A DNA stretch of 64,000 bases from Saccostrea cucullata. Lineage: Eukaryota. The notes under the pieces are model-generated. The model ran no database searches and had not been told where the DNA came from. It saw nothing but the letters and a program-made list of their open reading frames with translations. Positions 24,984-37,430 of the stretch are shown one piece after another (position 1 is the stretch's first letter; each line of letters begins with the position of its first letter). The stretch spans positions 1-64,000 of the forward strand of contig NW_026919181.1 in assembly GCF_032062105.1 (NCBI RefSeq), in the 5' to 3' direction. The position numbers and the translations under genes were made by a program.

Positions 24984-27367
24984 ATGACGATGTTTTTAGT
25001 TCTTGTACTGATTTTCATGTCTGTATCAAAAATCAGGACGGCTTCCTTGTTAACCGGTACTAACGATCAGAACTCCACTGCTCTGATAAACGAAAGAAAT
25101 GGCGTAAAGGAGATCGATATCCTCCGTCAGCTCGTCAATCAAGAGACACGAATACGGGTATCCGTTGTCAACGACGTCATGGCAGCTCTGGATGACGTCA
25201 ATTCTGTGAAGAAAAACATAGAAATGTTACAAAGAAAGGTTGATTCTCTGACTGAGGAGCAGAAAAGAGTAAACAGTAATTGCCAGGAAAAGATTCAGGA
25301 ACTTGAAAAGAGGTTTACTAAAAAAATCGCCGAAATTTACGAAGGTGCATTCTCTTTCTGTTCCTCTCTTCTTATTGTTCCACGTTTTCTTCTTTTTTAA
25401 ATCATAATGTTTATGACGTCTTTTGTCATACAGATGTCAAACTCAATAAGGATTGTAAGGACCACTTTATAAAGGGACAAACACAGTCTGGTGTCTATGA
25501 AATTCATCCGTTTGAAAACCAGACCCAAGTCAGCGTGTATTGTGACATGGAAACCGAGGGCGGTGGGTGGACAGTAAGATTTCTTTCGATATCTTTCTTT
25601 TTATTACCTTTGTCTATTTTAATTTTATTTAAAATTCCATTTGTACATGTAACATGCGGGCTAATCAGTAGATAAAATACATATATATTAAGAAATAAAC
25701 AATACCGTAAATGAAGCATTTATTTCTTTTTTCAACCCAAAGGCAATTCAGAGACGTGTGGGCGGATCTGTGAGATTTAACAGAACGTGGGCGGAGTACA
25801 AGACTGGGTTCGGGAGTCCTAACCACTCCTACTGGATTGGAAAGTACTTGTGTTAATCTCTCACTCTACAATAGCATGATGAATTCAGGGTATGTACCAT
25901 GAATATATGATTTTTCAAATACAGTTTGATAACACTATCACTACGAGTGTAGTAAAAATAACACAAATCTGATGTTATTTTTTTTTTAAATCGTAGAGTT
26001 AAAAATAACATTGGTTTAAGGTATGGGGAAACTACAAATTTTAATTAAAGTCTGACATTCTTGAAATCCTAATTTATTCTCATTCTAGACGTATGTTATA
26101 CTCCAAAAATTTAAGGGGATGAAGGATGTATGGTCACGTGACTCAGTTGATTTACGTCATAATCTCTGATAAAATATGTACAAAACGAGATTGAAACCAC
26201 AGTACTTGTATAATTTTTTTGACTGTTTGTTTGCGTTCACCATCTAGTATAAAAATATCTGAAAACATTTAAAATTTCTTGCAAATATTATCAAATTACG
26301 GAATAGATTAATCCGCTCTTCTGTTTCTTCTACACTGCGCGTCCAGCGTATCGTTGACGTCATAGTGGATCTCTTAGTTCAGTAAGATCATACACGGTAA
26401 AAACGGGTAGTATAAAATCATAAAAACGGGCCATTATATGTACATGGTAGGGTATTTTGTAAATTTCAGAACGCAAAAAATATTTTTACATGGTTGTTGA
26501 CGGAAAAGTTCTGTTGTTTTGTCTTATATTTCGCTTATATCAGGAATGTGTGACGTCATAGTTGGGTTTTCCCGTACTCGAGAAATGTAAACATGACACG
26601 TTTTTCTCATGATCATGACTCGTTTAACTTTGCCCCGTGCAATATTGAGCTCAGCTTCACCAATCAATATTTTTACAGTTAATCAATACAATGACGACCT
26701 TGAACTTCGACGTAAATTTTCAAATATTGAATGATAGGATTTTTTGCAAATTAATTTTTTCATGGTTTAAGTTGTCCTAAAAAAGTCGTAAATTTCCGTC
26801 TCCAGATGTAGTGTTACAAAAGAATCTTGCTTTTTCGAATTTTTAACCCTATTCATACTCTAAAATATTTTAAAAGACACATTTCCGCAGGTATATTTTT
26901 TATCTATGGTGAAAAATTTCAATTATCGACCGAGTAATGGACCCAGAAACACGGAGAATAAAAACTCCACTCAGACACTGTGGGGTATGGTATTTGTCAC
27001 TCAATATCTCAGAAATAAGTCTAGAAACCTATTGATATGTCTGCTTTATTGTATGTAGGACATACTAAATAAGATATATACAAAATATGAAAAAAATTAA
27101 ATGACAGGTATTTTTTCAGCTAAAGGTCCTTCATCCCCTTAATTCATTTCTAACAATACACATTACGTACATGTATTGTAGGAAACGACGTTATTCAGCA
27201 GTTGACAAAGGGAAGAAACTCATCTCTATACGTCTCCATCACATTAAGAAATGGCACAACTCTGTATGAACTCTATCAACAGTTTGCTATTAGTGATGAA
27301 TCAGGCAAATACAAACTTTTCCTTGGCGGGCCAGCTACCGGGACATTAGGTTAGTAATTGATAAATG

Positions 27368-27415
<48 letters not shown>

Positions 27416-28657
27416 GCGTTTAAAAGAAAAGTTGGGGTTTTTTGTATTTAAAGTTCATGCAACATTTTACATAGTTAATAAAAATAATGATTTGTTAAAG
27501 GACTTTTTCGGTAATAACCAATATGTACCCCCCAAATCAAAATTTAATGGAGATATATTTAGTTCTTAGACATGGGAGTATATGTTGACTTCAAAGCACT
27601 GGATATTTTTATAAGTAATAACGCCATATGTACGTAATGTCGTCACAAACATTATGTAAAATTCAGTTTTTATGAATTTTACAGAAAAATGTACATATTT
27701 CGTCGATATTTTGAGTAAAAACATCGAGTGCATGTGTGTTCAGGATCGATATTTTGATATAATGTGTAGAATGATAATATCAATGAAATATTTCAATATT
27801 CTTCCTGAACATACTTGCGATCTATAAATTTGAATACTAAAAATGTTGAAATAATGTCCATTTTGTCCTCTTTCTGAAAAAGGATATAAAATCGGACTAG
27901 TTTGTGACGTTATAAAAACAGAAATTTTGAATAGACTATAATATTTTCTGTTAATTTATATTTCTCATACAATTTATTTAATTCAGAACATTTCAGGAAG
28001 TTTTCAAAATTTGACTTTTGTGGGGGCAAATATATATAATATACCGCATTTAGTTCTTTTGGTTTCATTCTTTTTTAAATTAATTATCGGCAATTTATCT
28101 ATATTTTTTTTAAAAATAACGATCTAATTTTCTTATCATTTTTTTTCGAGATTCCTTTTTATTTATTTATTAAAAGTCCAATGTGGTGTAGTTATACCAA
28201 ATAGACATCAAAGCATAGATAAAAGATATGTAGATATATCGTGCAGCAAAAAATAGGGATATAACATATCAGACAAGATATTTTTGCATTGGTCGTTCGT
28301 ATTCCTTTATAGTCAATTTTTAAAAAAATCATAACGAAAAGAAGAGAGAGATGACATTAGGTTGATTGATATAATCCAGGTGTTACCTTTACTTCTACAG
28401 GAGACGCTATGTTAGACACTGGGAAGTCTACGAGAGATCTGTCTGGAATGTTCTTCTCCACTCCAGACAGGGATAATGACGGAGCTATGGGTCCGAACTG
28501 TGCCGCAGCTAATGAAGGAGGCTGGTGGTTTAACTACTGCCACCTCGCCTACCTTAACGGTCCCTGGCCCCCGGCAATGTGGGCCGCTCCATGGAAACCT
28601 ATAGTAGAGGACGGATCCTCAGTAAGGGAGACCATGATGTTAATTAAACTTCACTAG
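24984..28657 (+). CDS. Secreted coiled-coil + fibrinogen C-terminal domain protein (FReD; angiopoietin/ficolin-like), ~340 aa; exons 24984-25344, 25434-25573, 25743-25839, 27182-27349, 28401-28657; intron-3 donor is GA (possible null allele)
   Basis: Signal peptide and heptad-rich exon 1. FBG motifs [48 protein letters not shown] and GGWWFNYCH. Exon 3 and 4 lengths (97, 168) are identical to gene 1. Donor at 25840 reads gaaagt. Confidence 0.85.
26115..27138. mobile_element. Kolobok-type non-autonomous element, 1024 bp, in intron 3 of FReD gene 2
   Basis: TTAA|GGGGATGAAGGA ... TCCTTCATCCCC|TTAA. Confidence 0.85.
27372..27410. repeat. (GA)n microsatellite
   Basis: Direct reading. Confidence 0.98.
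27499..28057 (-). mobile_element. Kolobok-type MITE (~560 bp), inverted homologue of 55675-56244
   Basis: Homologous along its length to the reverse complement of 55675-56244; TTAA on the left flank; end taccgcatttagttct. Confidence 0.8.
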
Positions 28658-31339
28658 GTAAACCATTCTGTTATTTTGTAATCAAACACATTCATTATGC
28701 ATTTCCTGATCGTTTTATATTTTAAAACAACAGGTTTCGGCATAATAAATATGAACTTTATTGTTGATATTTCTTTTCTAGTTGATCTTTTTCTCTGTTT
28801 TTGTCTACAGATGCAGATTATACAGGAGGAAAGAAATTGATATAATAATGCAAAAGAATTACGTCCTCAATAATACAACGATGCATAGTTTAATAGTACA
28901 ATTATACAATTTTTATGTGTGATTAAAAAAGCTTACTTCTATGAAATATAGATTTTATTTTGATAATCATTTTACATAGTACACTAAGATGATTTTGCTC
29001 ATAGAGTGTTATTAACTTTTCTTACAAAAAGTATATTATGGTATTAGTAGTTTCGTCATTTTGTCAATAAATGACCTTTTTTCATTTAAAATTTCAATTA
29101 TCTTTTTCCTGTATATCAATCGAAGTAAATAGTTCTGCTTGGATCGGTTGACAAAAACATATCTGTGTTTTACTTCTATTCTAGTTTAAATTTCTGATAT
29201 AATTTGGCATTTTGTTAATTGTTATCTTCTCGAAGGTCCAGGTTATTGTAAGCACCGAAATTTAGAAGTATGTATTTGAAATAAAATAAAAAAAAAATTT
29301 TTGTTTACAAATGCAGCGATAGACAGAAAAAATAGTAAAAACCTGCGCCGAGCTCGTTGCAAAGCAACAAGTAGGTCTTCCGTTGAAGCTATGGACAGGA
29401 AGTACAGACCTTGGGTCAAGGTCACTGCACTTTCTAATGTCAACAACCTTTCTTCCCAGCATGAGCCTCCAATAAATTTTAATTATAAAGTTATACTTAA
29501 ACATTTTTTTTTGTCAGAAATACATTTGATCAGGGTCATGACAAAACCCCAAATCATAAGTAATCTATGTTTCAAGTAAGAGCCTCCAATGATTTTCATT
29601 TACTAATTCATAGCGTAGTAAATAAAATATTTCTTCTGTCAGTGACCTTCTTCTTAACAGAATAACCTTGGCTCTGTGTCAAGACAAACAACTTTTAGTG
29701 ATTAGAAGTTCATAACCCTGACAGGAATTAAACAACTTTTCTGTCATTGGACATTAAAGATGTTTGAAATTATCATTATCTCGCACCATCGTGTCACAGG
29801 TCAGAAAAACAAAATTGACGTATTTTAAAATATCACTGGTTAATGATATTCAAACAACATGGAGTTTCTATTTATGAAAGATAGACGGGGTTGAAAGTCC
29901 TTTCCATAATACGTATTTTAGGTATTATTAGCTTTACTTCAATGAAATTAAACTCAAAGTCCACAAACAAAATATCTTTTCTCATTTGTTTCAAAGTTTG
30001 GGTAAAGGGGGTGAAGAGCATGGAGATGTCATGATGTATACGTAATACATTCGAGGTTATTATTCTGTTAGACAGGAAGACCCAAGGAGTTGTGATTTGC
30101 TGATCATGATCTAAAACACATCGACAAACCGAAACCATATGGTTTTATACACGTTATTCAATCAATTCATTTTTAATTTTTCAAATCACTAAATTAATTT
30201 TATCTCTTCACTAGAAGCCTTTCATCGTATACATGTAATACATAATTCAATTTTTACATTTATTTAATTTTCTTCAAGAAAACATATTTATTGTTTATCA
30301 GAATACAAACGATGGGGAAGCATTTAATGAAAACAACTACCAAATAAAATATAAATTATGTTTAAAAATCAATTATTAATCAAGCGTCTTCCTCCTCGGA
30401 AATTTTTATTTGATTTTAAATAAGTATTTTAAATGCACGAATTTAAAAAAAAAAAACATTGAAAAAAAGATATGGTAGTTTCATTCGCTATTGTCTTAAA
30501 AAACCCGGGTGTCACATATATTAAATGCTTACAGCGACTGTTTTAGTATTAACCGAATTGTATCAATAGTTTCATATGTCACATGCAGTTTATTCGTATT
30601 TATAAGAATTAGGTTGAGGAAAAACAAATTTCATTAATAAAACATATATCAAATGTGTTTGATAATGATTTATTTATTTATTAAAACATAGAAATTAATT
30701 TGTAGTTATCTACAAATCGCAAATTTCAATTGATATTTGTCTATTCAATTACATGAATTATAGAGAAAAGAATTATTGATTGATTTAGACCGTAGATGAT
30801 TTATGAATTATATCCCTTTGTACTGTGCTTAAATGAAGACTGAAATTGAATGGATTTTAATTCCTGAAATATTTGCATGTATTTACTCTTGATATCTATT
30901 CAAATAGCAAATCAGTCACAAAGGTATATAACCTTACCTTAAATTGGATAGACTATTTCTGAAAATAAATAAAACGTCCATTTAAATATAATAGAAAAAA
31001 TAGTATAACATTCAAAATGTCATTGTCAAAGTCCATAACAACACAAATTATATTTTATATTTTTAAGTTTTCTGTCAATGTTAGCAAAATCTAATTTGGT
31101 ACTTATTATTTCTTTTAAAAATTGAGATGAATTTGTTTGTCAATCTACATGAACAGCTTTAATTTCAATTTCAAATTATGTATTTTTGTGAAATAAATAT
31201 ATAATAGCAAAACAAATGTTCATTTGATAATATTTACTTAGATCCATGACCATGAATCTTGAAGTTTATGTGTATGCATATGGTTGAGGGAAAAATATAG
31301 TGGATTTCAATCATTCAAGGGTCTGTTATTATGCCAAGA

Positions 31340-31834
31340 AGGATATGGAAATAACGAACAGTATTCAATCTCAACGTCCATTGAACAAATATACAAAATA
31401 AGAGCAGAGCAAACACGGACCTCCGAAACATCAGAGGTGGGATCAGGTGCCATGGAGGAGTGAGCATCCCCTGCGGACCGGTCACACCCGCCGTGTGCTC
31501 GTTGTCATAATCAGGAAATAACGGAAAAAAATCCGTGGTCAATTCAGTGTATAAATAATGGACTAACAAGTGGTATGAAAAACGTCAGTCAGCATTTCAT
31601 TCAATGATAAATTGTATTTGCTGACAAGGTCATTGTATCGACCATAGAATTTACGAAATGATGACTTTAAACGAGACTGTTGATATTCTTGTTTCATCAA
31701 CTTGCTTGTCAATAATTTACCTCGTTTAAGAAATTGTTCATACGTAGAGCATGCTCTTGCGTATCGAAACAACTGAGATATAAATACTCCGTATGCAGGT
31801 GATGAAGGTATATTGCTGCATAAGTAAGGGAAGT
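31340..31834 (-). mobile_element. Penelope-like (Naiad-type) 3' fragment, young copy
   Basis: ORF 31563..31844 FPYLCSNIPSSPAYGVFISQLFRYARACS...; near-identical to 47395-47889. Confidence 0.93.
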
Positions 31835-32279
31835 AATGATTCACCTCTGATATCTGCTATTTTTGGTAGAACTATGTTTTTCTAAATCACATTTTTCTTG
31901 GAAATAATGCAGTTTGAAAGGCACATATTTAAAATGCTTTCGTCACAAAAATAACTTAACACAAATACTAAAGAACATTTGTATCGATTCACTAAAGGGA
32001 TCAATATCACTATAAAATATGTAAAAATAAATAATTATAAGAGTTAAAATAAAAAAGGTCTTTTTTTTTATTTCTTCATTAAGACATTTGTGAATTTAGA
32101 TATATATATATTTACATTTCCAATGTCTTTGTCCGAGATAAAATTAACAATTGTAAATGTAATTGATTTCCTCATGAATGTTTTGGCGCGGTTACAAAAA
32201 ACCACGTGCAGGGTGGTACAACACCTAGAGAGAAGCAGGCTTGGAGACCGTGGATTGGCGGAATCAAAGCATGTAAATA

Positions 32280-32429
32280 TAAGGAATAACTGTCAGATTT
32301 TTCAAATTCATGAAGATGATCAATGGATTGGCTTGTGTGATAATTTTATGCGGCGTTTTATGCAAATTATCACACAAGCCAATCCATTGATCACTTCATG
32401 AATTCGAAAAATAAGACAGTTATTCCTTA
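32280..32429. mobile_element. 150-bp palindromic (hairpin) MITE
   Basis: taaggaataactgtc...caatggattggcttgtgtgataatt / aattatcacacaagccaatccattg...gacagttattcctta. Confidence 0.8.
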
Positions 32430-34022
32430 AATATATATCTATGATTCTTTTTTTATTTTAAGTTCATGCATAAATTTAGCAGAATTAATAATCCAAAATT
32501 TATTTTTTTTTAAATCCAATCTACATAGTTTACGCTTTACCAGCCAAGAATATGCTAGTTCCCAACCCATTACTTGCATCGTTTTACAAATCTTTGTAAA
32601 AATATATATTAAAATGCATTTTTCCTGGCAATTTGGAGCAAAATTTCATGCTTTTTTAGTTTTGTCTATATTGATATTAGTCCTATTTTTTATAAAGCAT
32701 GTACATGTGTAGTTGTATACGTTGTGCTTTACACTATAACACACAAATCTTGTAGTTCTGATAATGAACTGGAACATATATGATTGCGCCCATGACAAAA
32801 GGGTCCTTATGGCATTTATGCTAAAACAGAGATATAACGTCATAAAGATGTGACGTTGCAGAATGACGGTGAACTTCGATTTTTTTCAACCACGTGTTTT
32901 GACGTTTGACGCATCCAGAGTTTTTATCGCTGTTTCCAACACGTGGAATTTATTTTCATTTACATATTAATTTAATCAATATCTGAATCTCCAAATCCAT
33001 TGATTTTTAAAAGATGTAAATAAAAACATTTAGAACTGGTTTCTTAACAAACATTATTAAATACGTCTCTAATAATACCAAGTTTTCCTACATGCGTAAA
33101 TGTATAGAAGCTGTAGACAAGGTGTTTTCTGATAGAATAATGAACCTTTATACTCTAGATACATTTTATTTACTTATTTATACTTTTTAGAATACATCTT
33201 AGACAGGGTATATCGTAAAAGAAATTGCAAAGGAAAATTGTCTTCCTACTTCTTTAAGATCCGCTCCACCATTCTCAAATATACATCGCGATCGCGTCGA
33301 TCACACGTAAACATTGATTCATCAGTGCATACTGTTTAAACTGTTGTTGAATTATTTGTACAAATGTTGAAACTAAACATACATCTTCAAAGTTTTCTAC
33401 AAATCTAGCAAGAATGTGTAAGAACGATAGTCAAGATTATTTGTATTTTCTATAAATAAAAATAGGAGAGATAACTCTGATGTCAACAATCGATGTTACA
33501 GGGGTACCAGACAGGGACATTCATTTTGCGTACTTTTTTCACATTTCAGCTGCATGTTCGCATGAATTTACTCCCGGATTATAAAAGAGATATTTTATGA
33601 CCAAATAAAAACACTTTTAATCGTCAGCTTAATTATGAATTTTTAAATAAAAAAAAATTTGTTGTACTTTGGGAATAAGATTAATGTAGAAAAAGGAAAA
33701 ACAAAGAAAAAAAACAAAAGAAAAGAAGGAAAACTGCAAAATTGAACCGACTTTAATTTCTTTTTTCAGATCTCTTATCTATAGCTTTTTTTTGCCTGAA
33801 ATAATTTCATGACGAATTTCATTTTTTAAAAAAAATAAAAATGTAAAGCGTCTACCTTATAATCATGATTAAATAAATTAAACTTTAAAATTGTTGTTTT
33901 GTCTTATATTCGTGTTGCACAAAGACACTTCAATTTAGAGAAATTAAAACAAGCAAAAACATCCAAATGAAAAAAAAAATGTTCTTAATGTTCTTACTTA
34001 AATAGAGCTGGTCAAGTAAATC

Positions 34023-34026
<4 letters not shown>

Positions 34027-34066
<40 letters not shown>
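34027..34066. repeat. (GA)n microsatellite
   Basis: Direct reading. Confidence 0.98.
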
Positions 34067-34071
<5 letters not shown>

Positions 34072-34382
34072 GAGGGTAGATAAAAATATTTATATTGAAT
34101 CTATTTATCTAATATTGAGAAATGTGAAACTCTAATAAAAAAGATAAGTTTTAAAAACAAATGAAATAATAAATGAAAGAAAATATCATTTTTGTTCTCT
34201 AAGCTATATATACATGTATAGCTATCTATTTTCAAGATCTCCAAATTTAATATACATGTAACTCTTTGGTACTTAAGTGTTTTTTTTTTTTTCACACGGA
34301 ATTCAAATGTTTTAAGCATTATCTGCAAATTAATTCCTTAAGCCATGACGAACATTGTCTTTCATAAAAGCTGGATCAGCAT

Positions 34383-34999
34383 TATTCTGCCGCAATACTG
34401 ACTTTATTCAACACTCAGCAGAAAGATAACCATATGAGAATATGGTAAAAAGCTGTAATATAACAAAATAAGAAAAATTAATGACAGCTATGGCTTTCCG
34501 TAGAAAAATTTTCACAAACAGGTGTTCTTAATAGTAAAGCAAGCAGATTTATAATTTACACAATAATAAAATTTCTTAAATTGTAAGAATAGTTAAGCGT
34601 ATTGCTTCAAAAAGATAATAATACGTGTTCACTCAAAAATATAGGTGACAATACACGATTCAAAAAACTGATGTACATAATGGTGCACCATACCCTGAGC
34701 ACATGGAATTCATAGATTTACAAAAATTAAGAAAATGCAAAAGTTAGCATCTATAGCATTTAACACACAAGTAAAATAGATAAAGACCAAGAGATTTAAC
34801 ATAAAATAAAATGTATTATCAACTTACACTGTAGATAGTCAGGGTTCCGACAGAAAGACAAAAATCAACAAAGTATGGCGCCAATCTTAAACGTCAAATT
34901 AAGTCGTACGAAAAATATTAGTTCGTACTTCAAACGATTCTATTAAAAAAAATACACTGAATAGTCAAAATAGGAAAAATTGAAAATGAAGCCAAAACA
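34383..34999 (-). repeat. 3' LTR of BEL/Pao element
   Basis: Direct repeat of 39729-40345; about 7 substitutions counted by eye. Confidence 0.96.
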
Positions 35000-35050
35000 C
35001 TCCCCGTCTGATATCTGTCTTGATATCACAAAGTTTTCACTATCAAGAAT

Positions 35051-37430
35051 TCATTCCTCTAACAAAACTACAAAGTCTGTCACCGGTCTGATGTATGTAA
35101 GAGTCTTTCCGTCCTTGCTGACACGAACTTCCACCGTGCGAATTAACTTGTCCTTACCGGGAAACACCTTGATCACAAGCCCCAGGGGCCACATGTTTCT
35201 ATGAGTTTCTACGTCCTTAAGCAGTACGACATCACCCACACTAACGTTTCTTTGATCTTGATGTCACTTCTTCCGAATCTGTAAGGTGTGCAGATATTCT
35301 TTTTTCCATCTGTCCCAAAACATCTTGGAAAGGTGTTGAACTCTTTTCCACTGCACTCTTAGTAGATCCTTAGCATCTGTGTTGCAAACTTCATCATTCA
35401 TAGTGTCTGTCTTTTGAGTAAGCAAGATGTTGGGAGTGAGAATGAAAGGCGAGTCTGAATCTATAGGAATGTAGGTCAGAGGGCGCGAATTTATAATTGC
35501 ACTCGTTTCGGCAAGAAAGGTAGATAAAACTTCATGGGTGAGTCCGTGAGTGCCATGTTCCTTTAGCATATTGTCTAGGATACGGCGTGTTACCCCAATC
35601 ATTCGCTCCCATACGCCACCCATGTGTGACGCATGGGGGGGGGATTAAAGATCCAGACAGATCCTCCTGAGTACAGCAAGTCTTTGATTGGTGGATCCTC
35701 TATGTTGATAGCATTTATACGTAGTGGATCAACAGCACCAATAAAGTTGGTTCCCCTGTCCGAACGATACTCCTTCACACATCCTCGTATGGCGGTGAAT
35801 CTACGCAAGGCATTGATAAAGGATGAGGAAGACATCTCCTCCAGGACCTCAATGTGTACGGCACATGTCACCATACAAGTAAATAATGCTGCCCATCTTT
35901 TGCTGTTTGCGGAACCTCCTCTGGTTCGACGAGTCAACACTTCCCATGGCCCGAAGATATCTACACCGACTGACGTAAACGGTGGCTGTCCTGGTTCAAT
36001 GCGATCTTCTGGTAGGTCAGACATTTTCTGGGTGCTGCACTGCCTACGTTGTTTTCTGCAAGTTACACACTTGTGAATAAGTGAAGAAACGAGACGCTTG
36101 CAGCCTGTTATCCAGTATCCCATTGATCTAACTTTCCCTTCTGTAAAATGTCGACCTTGATGCATAACTAGTTGATGGCATTTGCGAATCAACAAGGTTG
36201 CTAAGTAGTGCTTCCCTGACAGTAGTATGGGATTTTTGCAGATAGCATCTGTTTTCAGGTGCTTCAAACGTCCACCTACTCGGATGATTCCTTCATCATC
36301 GATGAATGGGTCTAAGGTAAGTATGCTGCTGTTCTTCGGTAATGGTTGACTTGAGCGCAAGCAGTCAATTTCTTCAGGGTAGACTTCCTGTTGCACTGTC
36401 TTGATCAAGAAGTGCTCAGCCCGTTGATAGTAGCTCAGTGATTTTGGCAAAATCAGTGATTTGTCTTCCTTCCTGTACACTATAAAGCGTTTTAATAATG
36501 CTAGACTCTCCACCAAACGATCCCAGTCAGAAAATCGCTCAAATCTTGAAGTGCCCAACAATGGTCTGCACTCTGTCTTTAGACAAGTGGGTCGGATTTC
36601 CTTGTCTACTTGAGGTTCAACTAGTGGAAAGGTTATGGTTTGGTCATTCTGATCACTCAAATGAACATCTACTGGTCCATTTAACCAAGTACTTGTAGCT
36701 ACGTCTCCTTGTGACACTCCTCTGGTGCCTTCATCAGCAGGGTTGAGATGAGTCGGGATATAGTGCCATTGATCTGGGTTGCTGAAACTCCGTATTCTTT
36801 CCACTCTGTTAGATACATAGATAAAGAATCGTCGCTTGTCATTGTTTATATAGCCAAGTACAACACGACTATCACTAAAGTACTTCACTGAATCAAACAC
36901 TACATCAAAATGTTCTGTGACAGTTTGTGAAATTTCCACGGCAAGCACGGCTGCACAAAGTTCCAAGCGTGGAATGGTGTGACCAGACACTGGTGCAACC
37001 TTCGACTTCCCGAGCACAAATCCAGTTTTAGAGGAACCATCTGGGTAGAGTACATTCACATAAGAAACAGCAGCTACTGCTTTCTCTGATGCATCACAAA
37101 ACGTCCAAAGTTCCTTTCTCACAGCCTTACTGAGGTATGGTACAGTCACACGGGGAATACATAGATCTTCTAGAGCCTTGAGTGATGAGCTCCGCTCTAT
37201 CCATCGTGACATGAGGTAGTCTGGTAGCAGTTCATCCCAATCTACAGTTTCTGTGACTTCTTCTCGCAGGATAAGTTTACCATTGATAGTCACATGAGAG
37301 AGGAATCCTAACGGATCAAAGATGCTGTTCACTATTGAAAGTACGCCTCTACGTGACAGTGGTTTATCTTCTGTTGTAATGCTGAATTTGAACGAATCTG
37401 TAGTCAAGTTCCACTGAATGCCAAGACTGG
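35051..37430 (-). pseudogene. pol: BEL/Pao pol remnant: Pao RNase H-like region (peptidase A17 family), integrase Zn finger and core, C-terminal domain; frameshifted
   Basis: LGIQW...DPLGF, FCDASEKA, KSKVAP, TIPRLELCAA, NPADEGTRG, GVDIFGP, SDRGTNF, GGVWERMI, WPLGLV. Frame breaks at the G-run 35634-35643 and near 35264. Confidence 0.92.

Noticed and set aside
29860-30140. Possible exon or ORF 29872..30138
   Set aside because: No domain motif and no convincing splice pair; the + frame examined is interrupted by stops.
31315-31569. ORFs containing HTAGVTG.QGMLTPPWHLIP (also 49726..50004) as a second PLE protein
   Set aside because: This is a translation of the conserved 3' UTR motif. Start and frame are not conserved between copies, and the conservation is better explained by RNA structure.
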